DNA from: Glaucostegus cemiculus
Lineage: Eukaryota
Reading direction: 5' to 3'
DNA length: 64,000 nt
Assembly (NCBI GenBank): GCA_976551045.1
Contig: CDPCPM010000078.1
Location: 6,634,001-6,698,000 of the forward strand
Shown here piece by piece: positions 23,429 to 37,090 of this stretch; within the stretch, counting starts at the first letter, position 1, and each line of letters starts with the position of its first letter. The translations under genes and the position numbers were made by a program. Under the pieces are notes generated by a model, which was not told where the DNA came from, did no database searches, and was given only the letters and a program-made list of their open reading frames with translations.

Positions 23429-24934
23429 GTTGGACTTCTACTCAGGTTACAGTTCTACACAAGAGATAAACTGAATACTAAGGTGATCTGATCTTCAGAG
23501 ACAAAAGGGTAAACTGATCCCATGTACAAAAGGTATGACAATCAAACACATTCATTCCTTAAATGTGGAAATAACAGCTGCCTCAACAGAGTTAGACAAA
23601 GTGCCTACTGACCAGGGAAGAACAGGGAGATCAAGGGAGAACATGCAGAAATGCAAGCCCTTCTGATCTCAAGAAAAGGAAACAATCAAAATAATCATTT
23701 CACTCTCACCTTTCTAAGAAGATCCTGGGCAAAAGTCAGACAAGATTTGTTTCACTGCTAAATGTACAATGGATTATATTTCAAATTTCTGGGAGGTGAC
23801 CTTAGAAAACACACTCATCGACAGTCATTCACATGCTTAAAAAACAGATGATTGTACAGACAGACAGATAACATGAGCTTTTGAAAATGTTATTGAATAT
23901 GATCATACAACTATAAATTTCAACAAGTAATCATGTGTTGTTAAATGTTTTAGGAAGATTGATATATAAATTCTATGGAAGAAACTCCAAGGCAAGAACT
24001 CCTTTTAACTAAGATTAAAGAAAAATTTACAAGCTGTTTATTTACTTATCTTTTAGAAATGTTCTCATGTTCCAAGTAGAACAGTGCTTATGCATCACTT
24101 CAAGAATCTGGCTATTCCAAAATCACAGTACTGTTGCAACTAAGCGGCAATTTCTTTTTAAAGCAGTCAACAGTTAAGTTTTTTGAGGTGTGTATGAAGG
24201 GCTTGTGGAAGATTCTTGATAAAGAACCCAAGGTGATTAGAAAATAAGCTAGTTTTTTTTTGTTTAAAGTGTGGGCACACAAGAAAGAATTTTGATCATC
24301 ATGGCAGAACCAACACACCATTTGGAACCACCACTTTCTCAGGAATTAAAGGTTCAGCCTTAAAAATTTCACAAAGCTGCCTAGACTTGCAGCAGATTAT
24401 CTACTTAAGGGACTAAAGAGAATGGAGGCTTGTGAAGAAAACTTCAACCTTCTGAATCCAGACTCTCTCAAACCCTATAGATGGCATCCAACACAAGCTC
24501 AGATATCAGTTTCTTGAAGAAAATCATCATTCTCTGACAAACCCTTCACAGCAAGTTCATTGGTTAGCCCTTTTTAGTGCACACAATATGCTTCCCTTGT
24601 TGATATTTTGCAGCAGAGATTGGACTCAGGGACATGTGCCTTATGCAAACACATGACCTGCCTGTTTTCCACCTTCGAACCTTTGCAGGCCACACAATCA
24701 CAACTCAAAGCCAGTTTCGTACAACATGAAGCAGCAATCAATTTCAATTGCCACACTTTAAAAAAAAAAGTGTAATCTTTAACTTCTTGGGACTGAAATC
24801 TGCCTTTGCTGTTCAGTTGAGTCGTTTTACCCCACTCTTCACTTTATGCCTCTTGTGGTCATGAATTTCACCCCTCGCACATCAAAAATCAAATCATCAG
24901 GCAAATAACATTGTAATATTTGTCTCCAAGTCAG

Positions 24935-25297
24935 CAGGTTGAGAGGGTCTGGAGCACACAATTTGGGTTGATACTTCAGTGCAGTGCTGCAAGATGCTGC
25001 AGCTGCTGGAGGTGGCACCTTTAGGTTGAGGCTTTAAACTCTCAGGAGGGCATATAAAGATTTCATGGTGCCCTTAACTCTGGTAAGATGGCAAATATTT
25101 ATTATTCAACCAATTTCACAAAAATAGATTAATTGGTTATTATCCCACTGCAGTTTGTGAGCCCTTACTGTGTGCAAATTGTTTGCCTCATTTCCTACTT
25201 CATAACAATAATTACATTTCAAAAGTATTTCACTGGCCATTTAGCACCTTGGAGGAGCCCATGGTCAAAAAAAGCACCACATAAATACAAGTCATTT
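24935..25297 (+). mobile_element. Deu-domain SINE (SacSINE1/AmnSINE1-like) with L2-type tail
   Basis: cagtgcagtgctgcaagatgctgc...ggaggtggcacc; gtttgtgagcccttactgtgtgcaaattg; ttcaaaagtatttcactggc...ataaatacaagtc. Confidence 0.7.
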
Positions 25298-26201
25298 TGA
25301 TAGCAATTTATGAAAGAGTGGGAAGCGTAAACAGTATTGGTTTCAACTTATCAAAATTCTGGCACTTGATTTGTTAACAGGATTGCTCCTTGTAATCTAG
25401 AACAGAACTTCTATTCTCTACGCAGCAAAAAAGCAGCAGATCTGGAATAGAAATAAAGGTGACGTTCAATTGTGGCTTCCTTGGCAAAATACAACTAATT
25501 CCTAACCAAAAGGAAATATGATTTGGCAACAGCCTTTTCCTTTAATAAAACAAGTCTCTTGTGCATTACAGTGCTGAACCTGGAATCATTCAATCATGAA
25601 CATGCTTGTGTATTATCTTTCAGACTGCTGGCAGTTAGCCTCTTTTTGTGGAGTTCAATTGATTTTGAGGAAGATAAACTCACTCAGATTCCAAACAAAA
25701 AGACATTCATCAAAATGCAGTTTTAAGAGGAAATGTATCTGAAAAAAATTAGTACTGTCATCTTTGGTTCACATGTTACTGCTTTGTGTTAATGTTTTAA
25801 AATCTTCTTTATGCCATTAACCTTATCATATTATTTAATCCTCAGTTGTTCCTTTCTCTTTTCCAGATCCATATTGTCCCTTGGAAATGGTGGTTGTTTG
25901 TGACCGAAAAGGATGCATTTATTGGATGATCTAGTTCTGAACATATAGATCAGGTCTGAAGGATGCATGACAATGTGTACTTGAAAGATCTCGCATGTGC
26001 TGGCCAGTAGTAGAAAATACAGAATTTAAATTTCTCTCCAGCATTAACAAGTGAAACCGGTTCTCTGAAGCTCTCCATTATGTTTGTACACAAAGATGGA
26101 ATAGAAAACATGCATGCACAAAACATGCATTACTTTAGTGTGTCTTCAACAGCTAATTTCTCTTTTATCTCCACTATTCAGAGTTGCCTAGTATGCACTT
26201 C

Positions 26202-26471
26202 AAATTAAATTTAAATTTTAAATTAAAAAAAAATTAGTTACAGCGTGGTAACAGGCCCTTTCGGCCCAACAAGTCCGTGCCACCCATTTTAAACCCCCAA
26301 ATTAACCTACCCGTACGTCTTTTAGAATGTGGGAGGAAACCGGAGCACCCGGAGGAAACCCACACAGACATGCAAGAATGTACAACCTCCTTACACTCAG
26401 CAAGGGGAATAGAACCCCGATCACTGGCACTGTAACAGCATCGTGCTAACCGCTACGCTATCGTGCCGCCC
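26202..26471 (-). mobile_element. Well-preserved tRNA-derived V-SINE with CR1-type tail
   Basis: Minus strand begins gggcggcacgatagcgtagcggttagc (A-box-like) and ggggttctattcccc (B-box-like); V-domain tgggtttcctccgggtgctccggtttcctcccaca; tail gggccgaaagggcctgttaccacgctgtaa; many CpGs retained. Confidence 0.9.
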
Positions 26472-29400
26472 AAACTTCCCCGGCCAAATGCTGTTCAGAA
26501 TAGAATTCTAACTATACATAGAATTCCAGTCACTAAACCACATCCCATTCCACATCCATTGTATGGAAAACACCATCCAAGCAAAACATTTAAGTGTAAC
26601 ATTTCACCTTTATTTTGTGGTTTTACATGCACTGACTGTAAGCCAAGCATGCCAGCTGTTGTCGAGAGGAAGCAATTTAATGTTTATTGACTTTTGGAAA
26701 TAAGTTTTCTTAGAAAATTTGCGATATGAATAATTGACCTGTTTTATAAAAACATATGCACTTATCAATTCTTTAACTAGCCATGAGGTACTTGATCATT
26801 ACTGGACAACCATAATGCAAGAAAATTGCAGTTCTAACAGGAGTATCTAAATTAGTTAGGTTATTACAAGATTTAAACTTGAGTACATTACTACTTCACA
26901 ACCCTGATAAACTTTCAGTATTAGAATGCATAAATAGAATGGTTGAGAATTAACTTTTCTAAAGGTGACATTTAATATATATTTAATTTCTTAACATAAA
27001 TGGGCAAACGTGGAAATGTTTCTTCATTATTTGATCATGATTTTCTTCCAGAGGTAAATTGTTAAATGTTAAGTGCAACAATTAAAATATTAGACAGTTC
27101 TTACTACAATATTCAGTTCCACAAACATTTTATTTTCTATGAGAGAGCTTCACACTAGTCAGGAAAGGAAATCAAGCATCAGTGAAGCAATGCCTTCAGA
27201 AATTTGCACAAACCATTCCCACATGGCTTGCACTAATAAAGCCTTGCATCATTGCATAGAGCACTGAGCAAAATCTGCATGGTTTGATTGGCAGTTAAAG
27301 TGCATGTCAGGCTTCCCATTCCCCACCACCAGTTAACAAGTTGGTCAATTCTTAACAGATCTGCAGCACAATAGGAAAATGATGGGCCTCTCAGAGAGAA
27401 AAATGGTTTATTACAAATTCACCAGTGGTTGTCTGAATTTATAATTGTCCTTTTAGTATGCTAGGCAGACTGTAAAGTGAAATTATTTATGAATCTTGTC
27501 TGGTCAACAGATGCTTACCATAAGCCTATGGGATTTTCTTTGCTACATTAGGTTCTCTATACCACAGTTTAAAAAAAATCCCAGACATAAATACTAAAGG
27601 AATATGTTAGAGAACATACATTTTCAAGCCTTTTACTTCCAAATATGAATTAAAAACCTGTTTAATGCAAATATCAAACATACTATATCCAATAATTGCA
27701 GCTCACTCTCATATTAATGTACTAAAATGGATGATGTAGGCCTGTTTCACTGCATTAAATCTACTGGGAACATGATCAATGTTCTAAATTGTTTATTTAG
27801 TTTTTTTTATTCTTCATGATTCACTAAAAGTTTTTCTGGTGCTATCTTTAACACACTGGTCAGTTCCATTTTGTTGTCAATTACACAAATAATGGTTGAC
27901 ATAAAATCATTTCAGCTTGTTTGATTGCTAACATACTGATGTTCAGATTTAACAAGTCTATATTTAAGTTTCTATTAAATGCACAATACTGCAACATCTC
28001 CAGATAATTCTTTGAAGTCGTTGCTTACATCTCTTCCAGCTGAATAAACTATTGACCAATAATCCATTCTTTGTTTAGTTTTCAGGCTTACCTCAAGTTC
28101 TTTTCAGTAAAATGAGTTTTTTAAAAAAAAGCCTAATCTACATGGTATGGTAGAAGAATAGCAGCTGATTTTGAACACAGCTTTATTTTCACCATTCTAA
28201 CACAATAATCCTTCTAATTCCATCATTTGTAGTTAGCAATGGTAAAGCAGGTAGGAACTCCTTCAGATTTCACTTAAATGCTTGATTTTATGTCAAAGCA
28301 CCATTCAATGTGGGCTGTCAGCTGATAAAAAGATACATCATAAAGAACACTATGTGAATATTGTGAGTAAATTGTTTTTGGCTTTCACTGCCATACGTTG
28401 TCCTCAAAGTGTGCCCATATCTAAAGCAATCTGAGAAATGGTCCTTGCTTCATGGCTTCATGAATGATTGAGAACATGACTGCAGTGGAGGAAATACTGT
28501 AAAGCTAGCAAGACAACAGTTTACTCAAATCTATTTATGAATGGTTTCTGGCACATGGCTAAATCTATTAAGTTAACAACTCCCTAGATATACTCCCATG
28601 GAGGCAGGACAACAAACAGATTGCAGAATTTGGTGCTGCAGTCTCAGAAGGGTTTGTATCAAAATCATCTATTAGCAATGCCAGAAGGCAGTAGCAAAAA
28701 TATTTGGGTATAATTACTTCGCCTGGCAGTGAAATTTAGCTGGCTTTGAATGCCAAGAAAATGGTCATCTAGCATGCTAAAAGTTCTGGGGCAGTCTGGA
28801 CCTTGGATCCAATTAAAAGTATGAACTGTGACTTTTCTGTGTTTACCAGCAGACTCATCCTTATAAAAGACAAACAATCTGCTTGCTATCTCTTGTGGCA
28901 CCTTCTTGTAAAGGTGCTTTCAATGAATTTTCTATAGTCCCCTAGTATTGCTATCTGGTCTTTATAACATTGTAGCTTCTGCTGCTCACACTTCTGCCTA
29001 TTTTCTTTCCAACATTATGAGGACTGGATTTCAAAGCTACTTCATTGGCTGTGAATCACCTTGGGATAGCTTGAGATCATGAAAACCATTGTATGGATTA
29101 AAGTCTTCACATTCATCTGTGATATGGGAGATAAACAAACAGCTTGCACTTATTTGACAATTTCCATGTGGTAAAACTTCCCAAGACACTCATCTGGGCT
29201 GTAATCTGATAAAGATTGTTTGAACTAAAGAAGATGACATTAAGATAGGTTATTATGACAGGATAGATAAAGCTAGGGGCCTGGACACTTAAGAAGAAAC
29301 ACTAACTTGGAGCCAATTCCACACTGGTTTTGTTCCTACTCTACACCAACATAATACATTAAAATTCAAGACATGACGCAAAAGGAATCTTCCTTGGAAA

Positions 29401-29696
29401 TTCTACTACAAACAGAAATTTCTGGAACAAATTTATAAAACAAGTGGGACATTCCGTTCCATCCTAAGTTTTCATAAACTTCCAAAACTAAATGGGTGTG
29501 CAATTTTGGCAGGTGCTCGATTGTTTATTGAAACAGTAGTGTTGCACCTGGGCAGTATCCAAAGGGGAAGCAAACATTTTTTCTGGAAACACTACTTTAT
29601 TGCTTAAGTGGTGAAGTAAAGTTCACAGAATTACCCAATGATCCAAGAGCTTGAGAAAAACCCCAACTATTCAAGCAAATCTACTTACATCGATAA

Positions 29697-29870
29697 GAAT
29701 CAGATTTATTACCACTGCCTTATATGATGTGAAATTTGTTGTTTTGTGATGGCAGTAGAGTACAAAGACATAAAATTACTATAAATTACAAAATAAATAA
29801 ATAGTGCAGAAAGAAGGAATAATGAGGCAATGTTCATGGACCATTCAGAAATCAGATGTTTCGGGGAAGA
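29697..29870 (-). mobile_element. Rex1/Babar-type LINE 3' UTR
   Basis: aatcagatttattaccactg...gtgaaatttgttgttttgtg...ccattcagaaatcagatg is the reverse of a 3' end terminating aataaatctgatt. Confidence 0.65.
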
Positions 29871-30397
29871 CATGGCCTATGTGCACATCGCTTAGCTTCC
29901 TCAGCTCCTTCCTCAGAAGATCACAAGACAAAGGAGCAGAAGTAGGCTAATTGGCCCATTGAGTCTGCTCAACTCTCTCTTAATGAAGAATAGTGAGTGA
30001 GGAAAATAATCTTCAGGAGATTGCAATCACATACCATTACTTACTATCCATTATTTGGGTCACCTTCAGCACTAAGGAACCTTTTAAATTCACTTTTGAA
30101 GAATACCTGCCATGCAAAGTTTGGAAAGTTTATGGTTAAGGCCGATGATATTCTGTGAAATGAAGTACACAGAATATTTCTTGGCATCTGGTCTAAATCC
30201 CTTTTGGTACGTGGTTGCATCTCCTAATTGTTCCATGTCCGTACATGTAAAAAAATACAAGAGACAAACCTGCAATTTCAACCTAATCTGCCTGGAAAGA
30301 AATTGGCTCAGAGTGAATTTTAAGTCTTGTTCATTTCCTACCTGGCTGGTTTTGTTAAAAATTACACCAAGGCATGATTACAGAAGTTTGTTCAAAG

Positions 30398-30625
30398 CAA
30401 AAAATACACTGCTAGTGAACTCACTGGGTCAAGCAGCATCTGTGGAAGAAAACGGATGGATGATGTTTCAGGTTGAGACCCTGCATCAGTGTGTAGAGGG
30501 TAGATTGCCAGTATACGGACACCAGAGAAGGGATGACACAGAAGCTGGTAGGGGGTGATAGGTGGAACTAGATGAAGCAGGGCGACAGGAAGGGTGGGAT
30601 GATGGGCAGATGGAGCCAGCTAGAT
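30398..30625 (-). mobile_element. Penelope-like element terminal fragment with hammerhead-like core
   Basis: gaactcactgggtcaagcagcatctgtggaag; the minus strand reads CTGATGCAGGGTCTCAACCTGAAACATC at 30489-30462. Confidence 0.65.
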
Positions 30626-33039
30626 ATACAAAATCTTTTGGCATGTATTGAAGAGCAGAAGAATTCTATAATTCATTTCAAGACAGTCTCAAACTTTAGC
30701 CGGTGACTTATTTTTGAATTGTGACTTTGCCATAGATAATTTCCATAAAAGTGATCACATACATCAACGTGGGGGAGAAAAAAAATTAATCCCTTTGTTT
30801 TTTAATAAAGTTGGTTCAGGGATTAACGTAAACCAGGTTAGTGGAAAACCCAGTTCTTCTTCAGTTAGTATCATACATCCACTTGAAAAGGTCAAGGTAT
30901 CTTAGTTTAAAGCATTGCCCAAAAATTGACACGTCTAAAATGCTCAGTTAAGTGACATTTAAAATGTTGGACTAAAATGATACAGGGACAAGAATTCTCA
31001 CACAGAGCCAAGGTCATCACTTCATCAGTAATGCTGTATCCTGCACGATGCCTGAAACTACCCAGTTGCAAATGTACCACACTACACTTATGCATATTAA
31101 CGAATAATTCCACCGGAAGTCAGTAACTGAATTGTTTTATCTTCTCTATCACCTGCTTACATCTGAAGGTCATCAAACTTAAACATTTCTTCATTTAAAT
31201 GACAGATAAAAGGGAATAAACTTTTGTTTCTAATGCACAACAACAGTCTCAATACAGATTGCTGCTGAACTTGTGTGGAGGTCGCACATTCAGAACAGCT
31301 TCAATGAATTACTACCCTATGCTTTAGTGAATACATTGATTGTTAACCAGCATTGATTCTTCCCCCAACACCTCACTTTACAGTGAAGGAGGAAAGACAT
31401 TTTATCAAAGGGTTTTTGTAATTTAATATACATATATATTGGGTGAACACAACCTATCAACAACAACATCTCCTCTAAGTAGTTAACTTAGAATACCTCC
31501 ATTTTGAAAACCTTTTGTCACTCTGTAATAACAGTTGTGCTCTTAAACAATGCTTTCTTACATGTATTTGTGCTTTCTTTATTTAATCCCTAAAATTAGA
31601 GTCAGGCTGGAACAAAAACAGATAGAGATTCTGTAGTAGTTATGATTGCAGAACCACAACATTTATTCTCGCCCCTCTATGAAAATGACAGCAACTTCAG
31701 AATTTTGGCACATGTAGTTTAATACAGAAAATTCTGATTTGCTGTTAGCCATTTCAAAGTACCTTCACAGGATGCATATCCAACATTCTCCAGAAGGATC
31801 AAGAGAGATTATAGAACTGACATGAATTTAAGGTATTTACAAACTAGTTCACAATACACCTGAAAATCCTACACTTGGTTAATTCACATTTTAAAGCTCA
31901 GCAAATTACCTGGCCTTAAAAAACACAATTTTAGGGATGTGTATTATTATTCCCTGAGTGAATATTTCAAAATAATGAGCCAGAGCTTGCTATCAGCAGC
32001 TTGTTGTCACAAGCCACCTAAACTTGTGGTGATCTGTGTGGCATGTATAAACATGTGTTGCAGATTCCCCACTGTTAATTTGGAACCCTGGCTGGCCAAG
32101 TCCTCAATAGCAAAGCTCTGTGTTAGGAAACGTGTGGGAATCTGGAACAACACTGCCCATGAAACTGCAGGAAAAAATACCTTGGGAGCTGATTAGGCCA
32201 TTCTTCCTAGCTTGGGTAGCTGTGAAAGCTGCTAGCTACTTGGAAGTGCTTCTGAATATCTCTGACATTCAGAAACATGCGAAACATTACAAAGCCATTC
32301 AAAAATCCAAACAATTAATCTTTGAAGAACATGAAGTATTTAACCATAAAACAAATATTTAATGGAAATGAATTTATTTAAAAATATAAATTGCTGCCTC
32401 ACATCCACTCCTCTATTCAAAAAACAAAGCATCTGCTCTTCCTGTTCAAGGTTCAACAGATGATTCCTGCCACAGGTTCAAGCTCCACCAATGGACCCAG
32501 AGGCACTTGTGTGAAGAATCCAGAAGCTGGGGCACTTAAGCTAAGAAATGGCAGCAGTTCAGAACAAAATTGCCCATCTGCCCATAAAATCCGGCCAACT
32601 GATTTAATATGTATATGACCTGTTATTTGCTAGCATAACCATGCATATTTTCCAATTTTTATTGGGTGCTCTGGACACCTTAAAGGGTAAATTGAATATC
32701 ACTCCTTGATTTGTTCCTTCAGTGTGAGTGCACGTTCATCCAGCTTGATGACAACACAGTTGGATGCCAAGGATCCTGTTGAACTGTTGCCTGACTGCAG
32801 CAGGCAATGGAAAAGAGAAACCTCCTTTGAGAACAGTGGTAAGTGCTGTGGCTTCTCTGCAGACTGTGGGCCGAACCTTTTCTATGTACCGCTACATTTC
32901 AAACTGGTGACGATTCATTTGGTTGAGATGATTTCTCATTTATCTCATTAACTCAACCAAAATTAACAATGTCACATCAGAAACATAGTTCAAGGTCTTC
33001 TTTGTCAATACATTTGAGACCAGTCTGCTCAGCTCCACT

Positions 33040-33790
33040 CTCCCTTGCCTTAATCAGTCATCTACTTCTGTTTATTCCAGGCTTAGCCCCAAGTTCTCTC
33101 ATCTTCTGCTGGATTCATTCTCAACTCCCTTGATGCCCCTATCCAAGCTCAGCAAGTCCTTCGGACCACCTTCCTGTACTTTCAATCCTATTCCCATTAA
33201 ATTGCTGACCATTCAAACTTATTTTCCTGGGTCCCATTTTAGTTGCTACCATGAGCAGTTCTTTCTCCACAGGACCTGATCTCCTTCAAGTCTTCCATGG
33301 ACACCACCACTTTCACCTAAATAAATCTCATCCCTTGACAACCAAGTCCTCACAAATAGACATCTTCAACTTTCTTTTAATCTTTAAGGTGCTGTTGTCT
33401 TCTAGGACTGTGCCCCTTTTTCTCAGACCCCAGAGCTAAATCCTTTCAATCAAGTCTATATACCTACCACAAGTACTCATACCAAAGTCACAAATTATAT
33501 CCACTGTGACTGTAAAAAGAAAAAGGCTGATTATTTCTCCTTTCCTTCTCAACCCTGTTTAAGAAGTTCGATCACACCAACTTCAAGTGCTACTCCAGTA
33601 GAGTTAGACTGCACCCGCTGGGTTCCAATGTTATAAATCTTGTTGTAAACAGAGGATGGTTCCTCTTCCCTCTCCCGCACTATTACCTCTGATCCCCTGC
33701 AAGGTCCCACCCTTGGCCCCATACTATATCTCAATTAAATGCTGACTTTCAGGGATGTAATTTGAAGATACAAAATAGGACAAATTGTCA
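33040..33790 (+). mobile_element. Degenerate L2 LINE RT fragment
   Basis: TSCTFNPIPIKLLT; TKVTNYIHCDCK; SSSLSRTITSDPLQGPTLGPILYL (cf. TSGVPQGSILGPLLFL). Confidence 0.75.
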
Positions 33791-34677
33791 TCTGCCTACA
33801 ACTCATAAACATGCTAACAAATCTTGGCTAATCATTTCTTGACTGTGGTCCAACAGACTCAGTCCATGGATGACTGCAAATTTTTGGCAATGTTCCAACA
33901 CTTACACTGGGAATTGGGCCAACAGAACCTGTGTTAGGTTGAAGCAGGTGGAGGAAGAGCACCTCCATTCATTTGAATGGAGTGCAATAGCCGTTGGGAA
34001 CAAAGGTCAGTGTTGGTAAGTTACATTTGTTTTAACTGAGTTTAGTTAAAATCTCAATTGTCTTTAAGGGTCCTCAAATATGTTTTAAAATTATTTTTTT
34101 TAATATAAAGAACAATTAATATTTTACAAAATGTTTTAATGACCTTATTCTTTGTAGATTTTGAATATTTTTGAGTGCTTCCTAGCCACCTGGCCAAGTT
34201 TTTTGTGGCTATTTATTTGGTGGAGCTTGTTCTGGCAACATTTCCCCTAACCAGAGTGACAGTGTTTGCATGCCACTTTGCAGGGAATTGGGGTGAAATT
34301 GCACAGGATACTGGCACCAAAGGATGCACAAAAAGGCAGCCTGGACTTTATTCTCAGTCAGCGATGAGTGCGGCAGCTAGATACTGCCAGGAACTACTGG
34401 CCAATGTCAGTGTCCACATATATGCTGGCAACCCCCAACTCCACCGCACCACCATGTCTCTTGAACCCTGTAGCGTCAAGACTCCTTGTTCAACATCCAA
34501 TACTAGGCAAGCGAACATTTCTTTCATTTAAAGGCAGGTAAGACGTAAAGCCAATGTCTCAGGTCTCTGCCACAAGTTTCACTCTGCAGGCAGCAGTTCC
34601 ACCATACATTTTGGCAACTGGGGTTCAAACAGACCTTTCACAACCATGGTATCGCGTGGCCCTGGGACAAGCTTCCA

Positions 34678-34812
34678 CCAGCATCCACACCTTCACAACC
34701 ACCTACTTATTTCTCTGCAACATTGCCCAACTCTACCACAGTCTTAGCTCAATTACTGCTGAAATCTTCATTGACATCTTTGCTGCTTCTGTATTTTCCT
34801 ATTCCAACACAC
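34678..34812 (+). mobile_element. L2 ORF2 C-terminal fragment
   Basis: IHTFTTTYLFLCNIAQLYHSLSSITAEIFIDIFAASVFSYSN (cf. TAYFHLRNIARLRPSLS..AETLIHAFVTSRLDYSN). Confidence 0.65.
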
Positions 34813-37090
34813 GCCCAGTGCTTTGAGCTCATTCCCTTCAAAAATGTTCAAATCCAAAACAAGAAAGGCATTATAGAAATTGTGGGTTGTTGTTGGCATC
34901 AGCGGTCCCAGTGCCCGGAACAGAACACACTGCTCAGAAGACTTGGGTGTCTACACACCTCTTTCGGAACAGCTTGAAGCATGAAGAAATTCAACACATT
35001 ACATTTCCTCTAACTTTTTCAAATTTATACTCACAGAAAACAAAGGAAACCACATTTTCAAGAAACTTTAAAGATCAAAGACCTAGAATTTTAAGGGCGC
35101 CATTTTGACAAACAGTGGATATTTGAGAAGCACATGGATGCAAGCCAGATTGTAACAGAACCACCCCAATCATATGCAATTTTGCAAACAAATCACGGAG
35201 AAGTGAATACCAGGTTCTGACTGTATCTTAATTATTTATACATTAAGAAACATTTGTATTGCTCTCAAATAGTTAAAATTTATGTGCAACTTTAAGTGCA
35301 AATGCAGTAGTAAGTATTCCTCAGGATTTAATTTTTCTATTTTAACTGATAACTGCAAATAAAAGAAAGAAAATAAGGAATTACTGAAAAAAATTCAGCT
35401 TCTGTGCATTTTGCTTTCAGAATGTGGCTTTAAAAATGCAGGTATTTTGCCAGGAGTACCACCTAATCACACTTGTTTTCTGGATATGTAATAGATTAAA
35501 CCAAGTCAATGGCATGACTAATTCAAGGGGAAAAAAACAGATGAGTGACGATGGAGAATAAGCAAACATTATTTTTGATACCAATTTAATTGCTGTTTAA
35601 TACATTAACCAAAAGATCAGGTTTTAATATCAAAAATATCCAATTCAGTCAAGCTAGCAAAAAACTTCAAAAGAATCCAAAAAAAAAATCAAGAATAATA
35701 AAATAAAAATAAAATCAAGGACAATCCATTTTTATAGCGTAGTCTGAATGATGTTGCCAAAAGATGTACATTTTTTATTTACAGTGTTCTGAATTACCAT
35801 CATGTTTGACACGATCATGTTTGACACGAGTGTTAAGCAAAAATGAGAAGCCAAAAGCGGATGGGAGAATGATTACTCTGCATGCACTAATTGAGAATAT
35901 CTGTTGTTGCACCATCTGGCTACAAGAATCGCACAGTAGGTGCTCCATGCATAACTATACTCAAATTGTGGATGAGAATGCCTCCCTTGAACAAATGCCT
36001 GCTGCAGAACATGAATTATTCTTGGAAATTTCATTAAGTGATGCAGGCTCTATGGAAAACCAAAATCAGAAACAAGACATTCTTTTCATCATTCTTTACA
36101 GGATGAAATTAAATGGTTTGTGTGTGTTCAACAGGTAATGTCATAAGTAACAAATCAATACTTAAGTAACTTTCAAGATGCAGACATTTGCCATATTTCT
36201 TACCTCCCTCTCAACAACCCCATGATGTGCATGTGTGTATGTGCTTGTGTCTGTGCAGTCCTTTTTCAAATGATGTTCAGCTATACACCTTCCAGCTCTG
36301 ATCAAGCTGCCTAGCATTTCTGACAACCCTGCTTTGGTTTCCCATTACCAGCAACTACAATATTGTTTCACAACAGTTAAAATCTCAGTTTTATAGAGAC
36401 TAAGGAATGTCTTTTTATCATGGGATTATAAATTATAATATCCATTTCTAAACGGCAAATGAAATATTTAAATCTTTTGTGTAGGTTTTAAAAAATTAGC
36501 TTAATGCCTTAACTGCAACTGTTTAGTTACATTCTTATGATTGCTTGAAAGGTTAATTGCCTCAGACCAACGTGTTAAGGGAAATAAAATGAAAAGATAT
36601 TCATGTGGCTTTGGGGGGGAAAAAAACAGAGTGAAGACATTTAGGTTTTTAAGAATGTAGCTGGATAAGTAGTTAATTTTTATACAACTCAATCTAGAAA
36701 GACAGCACAACAAAGGTGACTAAAACAAATCGAGCAAAGTAGACAACTTAATTGGTTACTGAAGCTCTTCAACATGATCTTCTGTCAATTCATTATGATC
36801 TCCTTCAAAAGGAAACAGGTATCAGAAGGAAGCAAACAAAACTGAACCTGAGTCAGCACCTAATTCTTCTACAGGTATTTATTTTCTCATGCTGATTATA
36901 TAGTTACCCAGAACATTTTGCCCAAACATAAGTGTTTATTATGTTTGACTGTTTTACATATGTATGATTATCTATCCATACAACTTGTGCACAGTCAATT
37001 TCAAATTCACTCACTGGTATTTTAAATGCAACAGCACACTACCACATGAACACTTATTCTCATTTACCTTCATTCATTCATTTATTTTAC

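Noticed and set aside
26400-26471. tRNA-like sequence
   Set aside because: It is the head of a SINE, continuing into a V-domain and CR1 tail; not a tRNA gene.
30112-30558. 148-aa ORF
   Set aside because: Its 3' third is Penelope-derived repeat and the rest has no recognisable domain.
35800-35829. 15-bp tandem duplication tcatgtttgacacga
   Set aside because: Ordinary slippage duplication; two copies, no spacers, not CRISPR-like.
36204-36310. Possible next exon downstream of the CRIM1-like exon (strong GAG|GTAAGA donor; TCTSWGC in one frame)
   Set aside because: The Cys-containing frame stops immediately, the acceptor lacks a pyrimidine tract, and the sequence is a TG-rich low-complexity patch.
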